Below, piece after piece: positions 10,472 through 21,180 of a DNA stretch of 47,963 nucleotides. Location of the stretch: assembly GCA_049472335.1 (NCBI GenBank), contig JBLIRO010000039.1, forward strand, positions 1-47,963, written 5' to 3'. A model generated the notes under the pieces. It was given only the letters and a program-made list of their open reading frames with translations. It was not told where the DNA came from and ran no database searches. Each line of letters opens with the position of its first letter. Position 1 is the first letter of the stretch. Source of the stretch: a bacterium (GTDB taxonomy: Bacteria; SZUA-182; DTGQ01; JAFGSM01). The position numbers and the translations under genes were made by a program.

Positions 10472-11632
10472 ATGGATTATTTCCTGACCGAAGACCAGCT
10501 CATGATTAAAGATCTCTCCAGAAGAATAGCTGAGGAGAGGATTAAACCGGTCAGGGCTGAGCTGGATGAAAAGGAAGAATTCCCATGGGGTATTGTCCAG
10601 GAGATGGCCAAATCGGATATGTTTGGAATCTTTATCCCGGAAGAATATGGGGGGTTGAGCGGAGGTTGCCTGGAATTAGTTCTTGCCGTTGAAGAGTTGA
10701 GCCGGGTCTGTAGCGGAATTGCAATCAGTTTTGCCGCGTCCGCGCTTGGCACCTTCCCTATACTTTTGTTTGGGTCTCAAGAGCAGAAGGAGAAGTATTT
10801 GCCGAAGGTGGCCGCCGGAACGAGCCTTGCCGCATTCGCCCTGACCGAACATGATGCGGGTAGCGACGCGTCAGGTATAAAAACCAGTGCAAAACTGGTC
10901 GGTGAAGAATATGTGTTGAATGGAACAAAACAATGGATAACCAATGGAGGGGAAGCGGATATATATACCGTCATTGCCCTGACAAATCCTGCAAAAGGAA
11001 TGAGAGGGGCAAGTGCCTTTATTGTTGAAAAAGGGACCCCTGGATTTGATTACGGGAAAAAGGAAAAGAAGCTGGGAATACGTGCTTCTGCAACGAGAGA
11101 GCTTATTTTTACAGACTGTAAGATACCAAAATCCAATCTTATAGGTAGAGAAGGAATGGGATTTATCGTTGCTATGAAGACCCTTGACAGCTCCAGACCG
11201 GGTATCGGGGCACAGGCCGTTGGAATAGCTCAGGGGGCTATGGAGGAAGCCCTGGAGTATTCTCATCAGAGAGTACAGTTCGGCCAGCCTATCTCCTCTT
11301 TTCAAGCTGTCCAGCATATATTAGCAGATATGGCTACCCAGATCGAAGCAGCAAGGGCGCTCGTCTATAGTGTGGCCCGTTTTGTAGATAGTGGCGCAAA
11401 GGATATATCTCAGGCGTCTGCCATGGCAAAATTATTTGCGTCCGATGTGGCCATGAAAGTCACGACTGATGCGGTTCAGATACTTGGAGGCTATGGATAT
11501 ATGAGGGATTATCCGGTGGAAAAGATGATGAGGGATGCCAAGATTACACAAATATATGAAGGTACAAATCAGATACAAAGAAATGTCATTGCTCTCGAAA
11601 TGTTAAAAGAAAGAGCTAGGCATAAGGATTAA
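10472..11632 (+). CDS. Acyl-CoA dehydrogenase, Bcd/CarC-like
   Basis: AFALTEHDAGSD, LNGTKQWITNG, QILGGYGYMRDYPVEKMMRDAKITQIYEGTNQIQR. Confidence 0.95.
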   Translation: MDYFLTEDQLMIKDLSRRIAEERIKPVRAELDEKEEFPWGIVQEMAKSDMFGIFIPEEYGGLSGGCLELVLAVEELSRVCSGIAISFAASALGTFPILLFGSQEQKEKYLPKVAAGTSLAAFALTEHDAGSDASGIKTSAKLVGEEYVLNGTKQWITNGGEADIYTVIALTNPAKGMRGASAFIVEKGTPGFDYGKKEKKLGIRASATRELIFTDCKIPKSNLIGREGMGFIVAMKTLDSSRPGIGAQAVGIAQGAMEEALEYSHQRVQFGQPISSFQAVQHILADMATQIEAARALVYSVARFVDSGAKDISQASAMAKLFASDVAMKVTTDAVQILGGYGYMRDYPVEKMMRDAKITQIYEGTNQIQRNVIALEMLKERARHKD

Positions 11633-11634
11633 GC

Positions 11635-12420
11635 ATGGAGATTATCGTTTGTATAAAACAGGTCCCGGAGACGGGAAATATCAAGATCGACCCTCAGACC
11701 AATACACTCGTCAGGGAAGGTGTGCCCAGTATTATTAATCCATTTGACATGTATGCGTTGGAAGAGGGCATTCGGATTAAAGAAAAATCAGGAGGACAGG
11801 TAACAGTCATTACCATGGGGCCTCCTCAGGCAGAAGCCGCATTGAGGGAGGCATTGTCAATGGGAGCCGACAATGCCATATTGTTGAGTGACCGGCGTTT
11901 CAGCGGAGCTGACACATGGGCTACCTCTTATACGCTGGCCAAAGGTATCAAAAAGATAGGGAAATATGACATTGTTTTGTGCGGCAAACAAGCCATAGAC
12001 GGAGATACGGCACAGGTCGGTCCGGAACTGGCAGATGCCCTCGATATTCCAGTGATAACTTATGTAAAGAAAATAGAAGAGATCGAAAAAGATCATATCA
12101 GGGTCCAGAGGATGATGGAAGATGGTTACGACGTTATGGAATCCACACTACCCATACTTTTAACCGTGGTAAAGGAAATAAATATTCCGAGACTCCCTTC
12201 ACTGAAGGGAAAGATGAGGGCCAGGAAGCTGGAGATCCCGGTATGGAACGCGGACGATCTGGATGCCGACCCTTCACGCTTCGGGCTTGAGGGGTCAGCA
12301 ACCTGGGTAGTCAAGATTTTTTCTCCTGAGCCGAGGCCTTGCGGGAAGATCCTGACAGGTGAGATTCCTGGGATGGTGGAGGAGCTTGTCAAGGATCTGA
12401 AAGATGCAAAGATTATTTAA
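11635..12420 (+). CDS. etfB: Electron transfer flavoprotein beta subunit, bifurcating-type motifs
   Basis: VCIKQVP, FSGADTWAT, GKQAIDGDTAQVGP, PRLPSLKG. Confidence 0.95.
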   Translation: MEIIVCIKQVPETGNIKIDPQTNTLVREGVPSIINPFDMYALEEGIRIKEKSGGQVTVITMGPPQAEAALREALSMGADNAILLSDRRFSGADTWATSYTLAKGIKKIGKYDIVLCGKQAIDGDTAQVGPELADALDIPVITYVKKIEEIEKDHIRVQRMMEDGYDVMESTLPILLTVVKEINIPRLPSLKGKMRARKLEIPVWNADDLDADPSRFGLEGSATWVVKIFSPEPRPCGKILTGEIPGMVEELVKDLKDAKII

Positions 12421-12489
12421 ATCAGTAAAAAATTCGGCTTATTTGTTAAATTTTTGATATATGAAGGACATTTGGAATAGGGTTAAAAA

Positions 12490-13674
12490 ATGCATATAGA
12501 AATAATTAAAGAGAAATGTACCGGATGTGAAGCTTGCATATCCTCGTGTCCTTTTGGAGCTATTACAATGTCGGAAGGCATAGCCAAAATAGGTGAAGAA
12601 TGTACATTATGCAGGGCATGTATTGAAGTTTGCCCTTTTGGCGCCATCCAGTTTATCCAAAAGAATGTTGAGGAAATGACCCGGGGCGAGCATAGAGGTG
12701 TATGGGTATTTGCGGAGCAAAGGCATGGTACCCTGGCCGAAGTGGGGTATGAGCTTTTGGGTGCGGGCAGGAGGTTGGCCGATCATCTGAAAACGGACCT
12801 GTGGGCGGTTGTTTTTGGGGATGGACTTGAAGAGCAGGCAAAAGACTTAGTATCATATGGAGCAGATTGTGTGCTTATGGTTGAAGAACCATTACTAACC
12901 CCTTTTCATAATGATCTCTATAGCAGTGTGCTTTCAGATTTGATAAAGCGGTATCAGCCTGAAATAGTTTTGGCAGGGGCAACGAGCATAGGAAGGTCTT
13001 TTTTCCCGGGGGTGGCGGCCAGATTAGGGACCGGTCTCACAGCGGATTGCACTGCCCTTGATATCGATCCTGAAAAAGAGATCCTCCTTCAGACGAGGCC
13101 GGCATTTGGAGGAAATATTATGGCCACTATTGTCTGCCCAAAACACAGACCCCAGATGGCTACTGTCAGACACAAGGTAATGAAGAAACCTTATCCTGAT
13201 AAAACCAGGAAAGGCGAACTGAAAAGGGAAAAGGTAGATATAACGGATAAGGAATGCCGCACGAAGTTTATTCGATTTGTAGAGGATGTTTCGGAAAAGA
13301 TAAATCTTGCAGATGCGGACGTTATCGTTTCAGGAGGCCGCGGTCTTGGAAAACCCGAGAATTTTACTCTTTTAAGGGAGCTTGCTGATCTTTTAAAAGG
13401 GGCTGTAGGCGCATCGAGAGCTGCAGTTGACGCAGATTGGATACCATATTCCCATCAGGTAGGACAAACAGGAAAGACTGTATGCCCTAAACTCTATATC
13501 GCATGCGGGATATCCGGTGCAATCCAGCATTTGGTGGGAATGCAGTCTTCAGATGTAATTATAGCCATCAATAAGGACCCTGAAGCGCCGATTTTTAAAG
13601 TCGCAAATTATGGATTGGTAGGGGACCTTTTCGACATCATACCCACCTTGATCAGGAAGATCAGGGATGTATAA
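12490..13674 (+). CDS. etfA: Electron transfer flavoprotein alpha subunit with N-terminal 2x[4Fe-4S] ferredoxin domain
   Basis: CTGCEACISSCP and CTLCRACIEVCP; GLTADC, TRPAFGGN, QVGQTGK, GISGAIQHLVGM. Confidence 0.95.
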   Translation: MHIEIIKEKCTGCEACISSCPFGAITMSEGIAKIGEECTLCRACIEVCPFGAIQFIQKNVEEMTRGEHRGVWVFAEQRHGTLAEVGYELLGAGRRLADHLKTDLWAVVFGDGLEEQAKDLVSYGADCVLMVEEPLLTPFHNDLYSSVLSDLIKRYQPEIVLAGATSIGRSFFPGVAARLGTGLTADCTALDIDPEKEILLQTRPAFGGNIMATIVCPKHRPQMATVRHKVMKKPYPDKTRKGELKREKVDITDKECRTKFIRFVEDVSEKINLADADVIVSGGRGLGKPENFTLLRELADLLKGAVGASRAAVDADWIPYSHQVGQTGKTVCPKLYIACGISGAIQHLVGMQSSDVIIAINKDPEAPIFKVANYGLVGDLFDIIPTLIRKIRDV

Positions 13675-13708
13675 GACAAAATTGAGAAATCAGGATTTTG
13701 GCCGATAA

Positions 13709-14635
13709 ATGACAAATACTGCCTTTATTTTCCCTGGACAGGGATCTCAGTTTGTTGGGATGGGAAAGGATATATATGAACAATATCCTGAGGCCAGACA
13801 GGTATTTGACCAGGCCTCAGATGTCCTGGATATTGATTTGAAAACTCTTTGTTTTCAAGATCCTGAAGACAAACTCAAATTGACAACATATACCCAACCT
13901 GCTATATTGACTACCAGCCTTGCCCTTTTTGCGTGTATCGGAAGTACGGATAAGATGTTTCTGGCAGGGCACAGCCTTGGTGAATTTACTGCTTTGGCGG
14001 CCGGTGGAAGCCTGGGCTTAGAAACAGCAGTGTCATTAGTAATGGAGAGGGGACGATTGATGCAGGAGGCGGTTCCTTCGGATTTGGGTGGAATGGCAGC
14101 TATCATCGGCTTGGATAATCAAGAGGTTTTGGATGCCTGTAATTCTGCCCGTGAAGAAGGAAAGGTATGGCCGGCTAATTTCAATTGTCCCGGTCAGATA
14201 GTGATTACAGGGGAAAAGAAAGGTCTTCTGAAGGCAATAGAATTGGCAAAAAACAAGGGTGCTAAATTTTCAGTCATGTTGCCTGTAAGCATCCCTTCCC
14301 ATTGCCCCTTGATGGAACCTGCTGCCATGAGATTAAAGGACATGCTGGAAAAGATAGATGTAGAGGATCTCCAGGTGCCTGTGGTCTCAAATTGCTGGGC
14401 GATTCCAATAAAAGAAAAGGAGTTGATAAAAAAGAACATGATTGAGCAGATGACTTCTCCGGTAAAATGGGAGGACAGTATACGATTCATGATTCAGAAA
14501 GGTGTTACGACCTTCATCGAGGTTGGCCCTGGTAAGGTTTTGACTGGTCTGATAAGAAGGATTGACAGACAGGCAAGGGTTATCAATATATATGGTTCTG
14601 ATAGTCTGGAAAAATTTAAGGAGACCCGGCAATGA
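13709..14635 (+). CDS. fabD: Malonyl-CoA:ACP transacylase
   Basis: FPGQGSQ, GHSLGE, PSHCPLM, EVGPGKVL. Confidence 0.97.
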   Translation: MTNTAFIFPGQGSQFVGMGKDIYEQYPEARQVFDQASDVLDIDLKTLCFQDPEDKLKLTTYTQPAILTTSLALFACIGSTDKMFLAGHSLGEFTALAAGGSLGLETAVSLVMERGRLMQEAVPSDLGGMAAIIGLDNQEVLDACNSAREEGKVWPANFNCPGQIVITGEKKGLLKAIELAKNKGAKFSVMLPVSIPSHCPLMEPAAMRLKDMLEKIDVEDLQVPVVSNCWAIPIKEKELIKKNMIEQMTSPVKWEDSIRFMIQKGVTTFIEVGPGKVLTGLIRRIDRQARVINIYGSDSLEKFKETRQ

Positions 14636-15387
14636 CGGATTTTTTTGGTCTTAAGGATAGAGTTGCTTTAATAACAGGGGCTGCCCAGGGAATCGGATAC
14701 GGGATTGCCAAAACACTTGCCAAGCAGGGTGTAAAAGTAGTTTTGGCCGACGTTAATGAATCCGCTCTCAACAGGCTGGTTCATGAAGAGGACGGAGATG
14801 TCTTGAATAAGGCACTAAAGCTGAGGATGGATGTGTCCAAAGGAACAGATGTGGACAAAGGTATGAAAGAGATTATAGAAATCTATGGCTCCCTGGATAT
14901 TTTAGTCAATAATGCAGGCATTACAAGAGACGCATTGATTATGAGGATGAAAGAGGAGGATTGGGACAGGGTTTTGGACATCAACCTGAAAGGTGCTTTC
15001 CTGTGTGCCAAAGTTGCCGCCATTACAATGATGAAGTCCCGCTGGGGACGTATCATAAACATTTCTTCAGTGGTAGGACAAATGGGAAATCCTGGCCAGA
15101 CTAATTATTCTGCCGCCAAGGCCGGGATGATCGGGCTAACCAAGACACTGGCCAAGGAATTGGCGCCCAGAGGAATAACGGTCAATGCCATTGCACCGGG
15201 GTATATAGAGACAAGTATGACAGCGGAATTAAATGAAAATGTTAAAAATGAAATGCTTAAGATGATACCTTTGCGCAGATTCGGACAAATTGAGGATATA
15301 GCTTTCATGGTTCTTACCCTGGCCTCAGAACAGGCTGGTTATATAACGGGCCAGGTAATTCCTGTGAATGGCGGTATATATATGTAA
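14632..15387 (+). CDS. fabG: 3-oxoacyl-ACP reductase
   Basis: TGAAQGIG, NNAGITRD, NYSAAKAG (YxxxK), NAIAPGYI. Confidence 0.97.
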   Translation: MTDFFGLKDRVALITGAAQGIGYGIAKTLAKQGVKVVLADVNESALNRLVHEEDGDVLNKALKLRMDVSKGTDVDKGMKEIIEIYGSLDILVNNAGITRDALIMRMKEEDWDRVLDINLKGAFLCAKVAAITMMKSRWGRIINISSVVGQMGNPGQTNYSAAKAGMIGLTKTLAKELAPRGITVNAIAPGYIETSMTAELNENVKNEMLKMIPLRRFGQIEDIAFMVLTLASEQAGYITGQVIPVNGGIYM

Positions 15388-15491
15388 TCTTAAATGGGTT
15401 TTTATTCCCAAGATCCCACCCGGATTTTGAGAAGCGGAGATTTTTATCATCAGGGTAATATAATACTAATGTTAATGTTGGAGGTAAGAAT

Positions 15492-15734
15492 ATGGCAGAA
15501 ACGGTAAAGAATAAAGTAACAAAGATTATCGTGGATCAGTTGGGTGTAAATGAAAAAGAAGTCACTCCTCAAGCATCTTTTATTGAGGATCTGGGAGCGG
15601 ATTCCCTTGATATCGTTGAATTGGTTATGGCGCTGGAAGAGGAGTTCGACATCGAAATCTCAGATGAAGAAGCCGAGAAAATTACCAAGGTTCAGGAGGC
15701 TGTTGATTTTATACAATCCCATGTTACTCAATAA
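15492..15734 (+). CDS. acpP: Acyl carrier protein
   Basis: [20 protein letters not shown]. Confidence 0.98.
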   Translation: MAETVKNKVTKIIVDQLGVNEKEVTPQASFIEDLGADSLDIVELVMALEEEFDIEISDEEAEKITKVQEAVDFIQSHVTQ

Positions 15735-15746
15735 AGAGGTTTATTC

Positions 15747-16991
15747 GTGCGGAGTAGAAGAGCTGTCATAACAGGCCTGGGGGTTATCTCCCCGTTGGGA
15801 AACAGCTTGGAAGGATTTTGGACCGGATTATGTAATGGAAAATCCGGGATTGCCCGGTTAACAAAGTTTGACTCAACGGGATATGACTGCCGGATTGCAT
15901 CAGAGGTAAAGGATTTCGATCCTCTTGATTTTATCCCCAAAAAAGATATTAAAAAGATGGATACCTTTATCCAGTATGCCTTGGCTGCATCCATGCTGGC
16001 TGTTGAGGATTCGGGGCTTTCCATAACCGATGCGGACAGGGACAGGATTGGTGTGCTCATTGGTTCAGGGATTGGCGGGATGCAGGCTATTGAAAAATAT
16101 CACAGCATACTTTTAGAGAAAGGACCGAAACGTATTTCTCCATTCTTCATCCCCATGTCCATTGTCAATCTGGCTTCAGGCAACATTTCTATCCATTTTG
16201 GTATTAAAGGCCCAAATACTTCAGTTGTAACTGCCTGTGCTACAGGTACCCATGCTATAGGCGATGCCTTTCGGATTATACAAAGAGGAGACGCGGAAGC
16301 TATGATAGCAGGAGGCGCAGAGTCCGTTATTACACCTCTGGCCGTAGCGGGTTTTTGCGCCATGAATGCACTTTCAACGAGAAATGATGATCCGGAAAGG
16401 GCTAGTCGTCCTTTTGAGAAAAACAGGGATGGTTTCATAATGGGAGAGGGTGCGGGAGTTGTTATCATTGAGGAAAGAGAAATGGCCCTTTCCAGAGGAG
16501 CACGAATATATGCTGAAATTTTAGGGTATGGAACATCCAGTGATGCATATCATATATCTGCTCCTGATCCTGATGCCCTTGGGCCATCACTTGCTATGGA
16601 AAGGGCTATAGCGGATTCGGGTATTCCCCCGGAGGAAATAGATTATATCAACGCACATGGCACCTCTACTCCTCTTAATGACCGTGTTGAAACAGAATCT
16701 ATCAGGAAGGTTTTCGGTTCACATGCCGGAAATTTGATTGTCAGTTCAAATAAATCAATGCTGGGACATCTTCTCGGTGCTGCAGGAGGAGTTGAGGCGG
16801 TTGCAAGCTGTCTTACCATCCATCACGCTATTATCCCACCCACCATAAATTATGAAGAGCCCGATCCGGAATGCGATCTGGATTATTGTCCTAATAAGGC
16901 AAAGAAAAAAAGGATTCGCCGGGTGCTGAAGAACTCCTTCGGATTCGGCGGAACCAATGCGTGTCTTGTCCTAAGCGCACCGGATATCTGA
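15747..16991 (+). CDS. fabF: Beta-ketoacyl-ACP synthase II
   Basis: [34 protein letters not shown]. Confidence 0.97.
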   Translation: MRSRRAVITGLGVISPLGNSLEGFWTGLCNGKSGIARLTKFDSTGYDCRIASEVKDFDPLDFIPKKDIKKMDTFIQYALAASMLAVEDSGLSITDADRDRIGVLIGSGIGGMQAIEKYHSILLEKGPKRISPFFIPMSIVNLASGNISIHFGIKGPNTSVVTACATGTHAIGDAFRIIQRGDAEAMIAGGAESVITPLAVAGFCAMNALSTRNDDPERASRPFEKNRDGFIMGEGAGVVIIEEREMALSRGARIYAEILGYGTSSDAYHISAPDPDALGPSLAMERAIADSGIPPEEIDYINAHGTSTPLNDRVETESIRKVFGSHAGNLIVSSNKSMLGHLLGAAGGVEAVASCLTIHHAIIPPTINYEEPDPECDLDYCPNKAKKKRIRRVLKNSFGFGGTNACLVLSAPDI

Positions 16992-17030
16992 TCGCCCTGC
17001 TTCATTACGTTAAGATTATATGGTAATATA

Positions 17031-17741
17031 ATGGAAGAATGTGACAATTTAGAAGAATTACAATCCCGCCTGGGATATGTTTTTAAGGATATTAGTCTTT
17101 TGGAGAACGCACTTACACATAAATCATATATAAATGAAGCCCCGGATAAGGAGAAAATTAAGGACAATGAACGTTTGGAGTTTCTAGGTGATGCAGTACT
17201 GGGACTTGTGATAAGCGATTTTTTAATAAAAAAATTCCCTGATTATTCCGAGGGAGCACTTTCCAGATTAAAGGGCTTTATAGTTAGTGAAACTTTTCTT
17301 TTTGAAATAGCTAAAGAACTGGAATTAGGCAGACATCTCATACTTGGACGAGGTGAAGAAAATTCAGGAGGCAGGCGTAAGCGCTCTATTTTGGCTGATG
17401 CCTCTGAAGCGGTTTTGGCTGGTATCTATCTGGATGGGGGACTGGAATGTGCCTATACCTTTATTTTGAAGCATATGGAAGAAAAAGTGATAGAAATTGC
17501 CAATAACGCACATGTACCTGAGTACAAAACAATATTACAGGAATACACACAGTATGAGTTTGGATGTGTTCCTACTTACAAAGTAGTTTCAGAAAAAGGA
17601 GAGGATCACAGTCCCGAGTTCGAGGTAAGTATATTTATAGAAAATAAGTTATATGGAAAGGGGAAGGGGAGGAGTAAGAGAAAAGCGGAACAGAACGCTG
17701 CGTATAATGCTTTACTTAATATGGATGTGGATGGTATTTAG
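17031..17741 (+). CDS. rnc: Ribonuclease III
   Basis: NERLEFLGDAVL signature plus C-terminal dsRBD. Confidence 0.97.
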   Translation: MEECDNLEELQSRLGYVFKDISLLENALTHKSYINEAPDKEKIKDNERLEFLGDAVLGLVISDFLIKKFPDYSEGALSRLKGFIVSETFLFEIAKELELGRHLILGRGEENSGGRRKRSILADASEAVLAGIYLDGGLECAYTFILKHMEEKVIEIANNAHVPEYKTILQEYTQYEFGCVPTYKVVSEKGEDHSPEFEVSIFIENKLYGKGKGRSKRKAEQNAAYNALLNMDVDGI

Positions 17742-17758
17742 ATCATTAATAAATTCCT

Positions 17759-17786
17759 TTGACTGTTTATAATGCAATGCTATTAT
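17759..17786 (+). promoter_or_regulatory. Putative sigma70 promoter for tatA
   Basis: TTGACT-16 bp-TATTAT with TG extended -10. Confidence 0.45.
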
Positions 17787-17819
17787 AGATAGTCAGCAGA
17801 AGGGAAGGTGCAGAAGATT

Positions 17820-18032
17820 ATGTTCGGTATAGGCATACCTGAATTGATAATTATTTTAATCATTGTTTTGATAATTTTCGGAGCTGGTAAACTTCCGGAA
17901 ATTGGGAGCGGACTTGGAAAGGGTATTAAAAACTTTAAGAAAGCAGCACATGGATTGGATGAGATTCAAGTAACTCCGGAGAAGAAAGAAAACGATAACG
18001 AGAAAGAAAAGAAAAAGATAGAAGAATCCTAG
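17820..18032 (+). CDS. tatA: Twin-arginine translocase TatA/E subunit
   Basis: [41 protein letters not shown]; alternative GTG start at 17808. Confidence 0.93.
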   Translation: MFGIGIPELIIILIIVLIIFGAGKLPEIGSGLGKGIKNFKKAAHGLDEIQVTPEKKENDNEKEKKKIEES

Positions 18033-18077
18033 CCTAAAATTTTATACAAAGGAAGGTTTAAGGAGGATTATTTCCCC

Positions 18078-18359
18078 CTAAACCTTGACCTCTTCTTTTT
18101 TATTGTTGACTTTTGAAGTTGCTTCTGGCTTTTTTCCTTCGGATGCTCCTTTTTCCTTTTCTATCCCTTTCTTACGGTCTTTGGTGGGGTGATCAGTTAC
18201 ATACCAGCCTGAACCTTTAAAAATGATAGCGGGCGGGGCAATCAACTTTCTTAATCGGCCAGAACATTCTGGACATTTTGCGAGTGGGGGATCGGATATA
18301 TTTTGCTTAACTTCTGTTCTAAATCCGCAGTCTTCACATTCATATTCATAAATTGGCAT
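18078..18359 (-). CDS. FmdB-family zinc-ribbon protein
   Basis: MPIYEYECEDCG...CPECSG...FKGSGWYVTD. Confidence 0.9.
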   Translation of the reverse strand: MPIYEYECEDCGFRTEVKQNISDPPLAKCPECSGRLRKLIAPPAIIFKGSGWYVTDHPTKDRKKGIEKEKGASEGKKPEATSKVNNKKEEVKV

Positions 18360-18541
18360 CCTTTTTTCCTCCGTGAGATATTTTTATTAATTTAATAATA
18401 ATAAACAATAATAATAAGTCGTCAGACTAAAAAATTATATCAATTTAGAGAGTCTTTGACAAGATAATTATCTAACATGTTAAAAAAATTCTAGGCATTT
18501 TATTTACAGGTTTTTTAAAGATTCAGGAGAGGAACGAAGAA

Positions 18542-20002
18542 ATGGCACAAGGGATTTCAAAAGAAAAAAAAGGGGATAGAGATATATTTCGTCTGGATGT
18601 CAACAATATGATGGCTGATATTTTAGGTGCCGGGAATGGCATTACAGTTGATATGATAAAGGCGGTTCATAAAGAGGTCTCATCGGCGCATCAACAGATC
18701 AAAGAAAGAAGGGCCGAAGGAAAAATGGGATTCACCGAACTGCCGTATCAAGGAGAAACTGTAGATCTGATTAACCAGACTGCGGATAATATAAGTAAAT
18801 CATTCGAAAACTTTGTAGTTCTCGGTATAGGAGGATCTGCATTGGGCCCTATAGCTATCCATACCGCTCTCCTATCGGATTTCTATAACTTTTCTATCTC
18901 AGAAAAGAGGAAGCACAGGCCGAGGATCTTTGTTTTGGATAATATAGATCCTGACCGGATTGAGTCACTAATGGATTTTTTAGATGATAAACTGGACAAA
19001 ACAATCTTTAATGTTGTGACTAAATCCGGTGGAACTGCTGAAACTCTAGCTAATTTTCTGGTTTTCAGAGACAGATTGCGCAGAAGATTAAGAAAGGATA
19101 AGGTGTCGGATCACTTTCTGGTCACCACAGATCCGGAATCAGGTACTCTTCGGCAAATAGCAATTGAAGAAGGCTATCAGATAGTTACTATACCCAAGGG
19201 GGTCGGGGGAAGGTTCTCTGTTTTCACCCCTGTCGGGCTTCTTCCGGCTGCTGTTGCAGGTATAGACATACATTCCCTTTTGGCCGGAGCCAGGGAGATG
19301 GACCGGCTTTGCCAGAATGAGGATATATGGGAAAACCCCGCGTATCTCAAGGGTACCTTGGATTATGTGGCAGACAGATCCGCCGGAAAGAAGATACAGG
19401 TCATGATTCCATACAGTCATCGTTTAAGGGATGTGGCTGATTGGTTCAGGCAGCTCTGGGCGGAAAGTCTGGGTAAAAAGTACAATCAGGAAGGAAAAGA
19501 GGTATATGCCGGAACAACACCGGTTAAGGCGCTTGGTGTAACTGATCAACATTCTCAGCTTCAACTTTATCTCGAAGGGCCGAATGATAAAGTCATAACA
19601 TTCCTATCCGTTGAAGAACACTCACATCAGACCCAAATCCCCAGAGATTTCAATGATAAGGAAGGTGTCGCCTATCTGGGCGGACATTCGGTAAATGAAT
19701 TATTCGAAGCTGAAAGGCTGGCAACACAGTTTGCCTTGCTAAAAGCGGGAAGGATGACAAATACTATTACTTTGGGCCGGATATCACCTTTTACTTTGGG
19801 TCAACTCTTCTATTTTTTTGAAATGGAGACCGCATTTGCGGGATTCCTTTATGGTATAAATCCATTTGATCAACCGGGTGTTGAAGAGGGAAAAAGAGCC
19901 ACTTATGGTATGATGGGCAGGCCTGGATTTGGCGGGAAAAAAGAGGAGGTAACCTCAATGATTAATAAAAAAAATCCACAATATATAATTGAGACAGCCT
20001 GA
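18542..20002 (+). CDS. pgi: Glucose-6-phosphate isomerase
   Basis: GIGGSALG, TKSGGTAET, VGGRFSV, QLWAESLGK, DQHSQLQLY, FDQPGVEEGK. Confidence 0.96.
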   Translation: MAQGISKEKKGDRDIFRLDVNNMMADILGAGNGITVDMIKAVHKEVSSAHQQIKERRAEGKMGFTELPYQGETVDLINQTADNISKSFENFVVLGIGGSALGPIAIHTALLSDFYNFSISEKRKHRPRIFVLDNIDPDRIESLMDFLDDKLDKTIFNVVTKSGGTAETLANFLVFRDRLRRRLRKDKVSDHFLVTTDPESGTLRQIAIEEGYQIVTIPKGVGGRFSVFTPVGLLPAAVAGIDIHSLLAGAREMDRLCQNEDIWENPAYLKGTLDYVADRSAGKKIQVMIPYSHRLRDVADWFRQLWAESLGKKYNQEGKEVYAGTTPVKALGVTDQHSQLQLYLEGPNDKVITFLSVEEHSHQTQIPRDFNDKEGVAYLGGHSVNELFEAERLATQFALLKAGRMTNTITLGRISPFTLGQLFYFFEMETAFAGFLYGINPFDQPGVEEGKRATYGMMGRPGFGGKKEEVTSMINKKNPQYIIETA

Positions 20003-20064
20003 TGGGAGGAAAAGCAGAGCAAAACCTTAAACACATAAGTTTTCTTTACTAAAGGAGAGAGGAT

Positions 20065-21180
20065 ATGGCCTCAAAGGTCTATCATATTAGTCCCAGATCA
20101 AAAACCGATAATGATTTAATGGTTAACCTGGAAAGATTGTTTGAAACAGAGGATTTTTCTAAATGTCTTCTTGCATGGAATTTGGTTGCAATAAAACTCC
20201 ACTTTGGAGAAAGAAATGGATGGGGATACATACATCCCAAATTTGTTCGCAGAATAGTCAATCAATCCAAAAGATACGGATGCAAGCCTTTTCTGACCGA
20301 TACAAACAGTGTTTACTTGGGCAGCCGGTCGGAGGCTGTTAGCCATATCCAAACCGCCTTGACCAATGGTTTTGATTATACGGTTTCCAATGCCCCAATA
20401 ATTATTGCGGACGGATTAAAAGGAGCTTCATCCTTTGAAGTAGAGATAAGATTAAAGCACTATCAAAAGGTAAAAATCGCCTTGGAGATCTCTCAAGCAG
20501 ACGGTATGATTTGCCTAAGCCATTTTAAAGGCCATGAATTATGTGGTTTTGGAGGTGCGATAAAAAATGTGGGTATGGGGCTTGCTTCCAGATCCGGTAA
20601 GCTGGCTATCCATTCAACAGTTACTCCTTATATAAAAAAGGATTGTATCGGCTGTGGTATATGTAAAAAATTCTGTATAGGCGAGGCCATCTATTTAGCA
20701 GAAGGAAGGGCATATATAAAAAGCGAAAATTGTATTGGTTGTGGTCAGTGTATCATAAGCTGTCCTAACGGATACATAAAGATAAAATGGGATGAGTCCG
20801 CCCAGAATGCCCAGGAAAAGATCTGCGAGTATGCGTACGGGGTCCTTAATGCCCTGAAGATCCCTTCCCTTTTCCTGAATTTTCTCATTCATATAACCCC
20901 TCAATGTGACTGTTTTGACCATACGGATACCCCTTTTTGCCCTGATTTAGGTATACTTGCATCAACGGATGTTGTAGCAATTGACCAGGCTTCTGTAGAT
21001 CTTGTTAATCAGAACCAGGGGATACCAAACACGGCGATTGATGGAAAATATGGCTCAGGGGTAGATAAATTCAGGGCTGTATATCCTGATATCGACTGGC
21101 AGGTGCAACTGGCCTATGCGGAAAAGATCGGGCTTGGAAGCAGAGAATATGAGCTGATAGAGTTTCCCGATCAGACTTGA
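20065..21180 (+). CDS. DUF362-domain Fe-S protein with 2x[4Fe-4S] domain
   Basis: AIKLHFGE, SHFKGH, GGAIKNVGMG, CIGCGICKKFC / CIGCGQCIISCP, QCDC. Confidence 0.88.
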   Translation: MASKVYHISPRSKTDNDLMVNLERLFETEDFSKCLLAWNLVAIKLHFGERNGWGYIHPKFVRRIVNQSKRYGCKPFLTDTNSVYLGSRSEAVSHIQTALTNGFDYTVSNAPIIIADGLKGASSFEVEIRLKHYQKVKIALEISQADGMICLSHFKGHELCGFGGAIKNVGMGLASRSGKLAIHSTVTPYIKKDCIGCGICKKFCIGEAIYLAEGRAYIKSENCIGCGQCIISCPNGYIKIKWDESAQNAQEKICEYAYGVLNALKIPSLFLNFLIHITPQCDCFDHTDTPFCPDLGILASTDVVAIDQASVDLVNQNQGIPNTAIDGKYGSGVDKFRAVYPDIDWQVQLAYAEKIGLGSREYELIEFPDQT

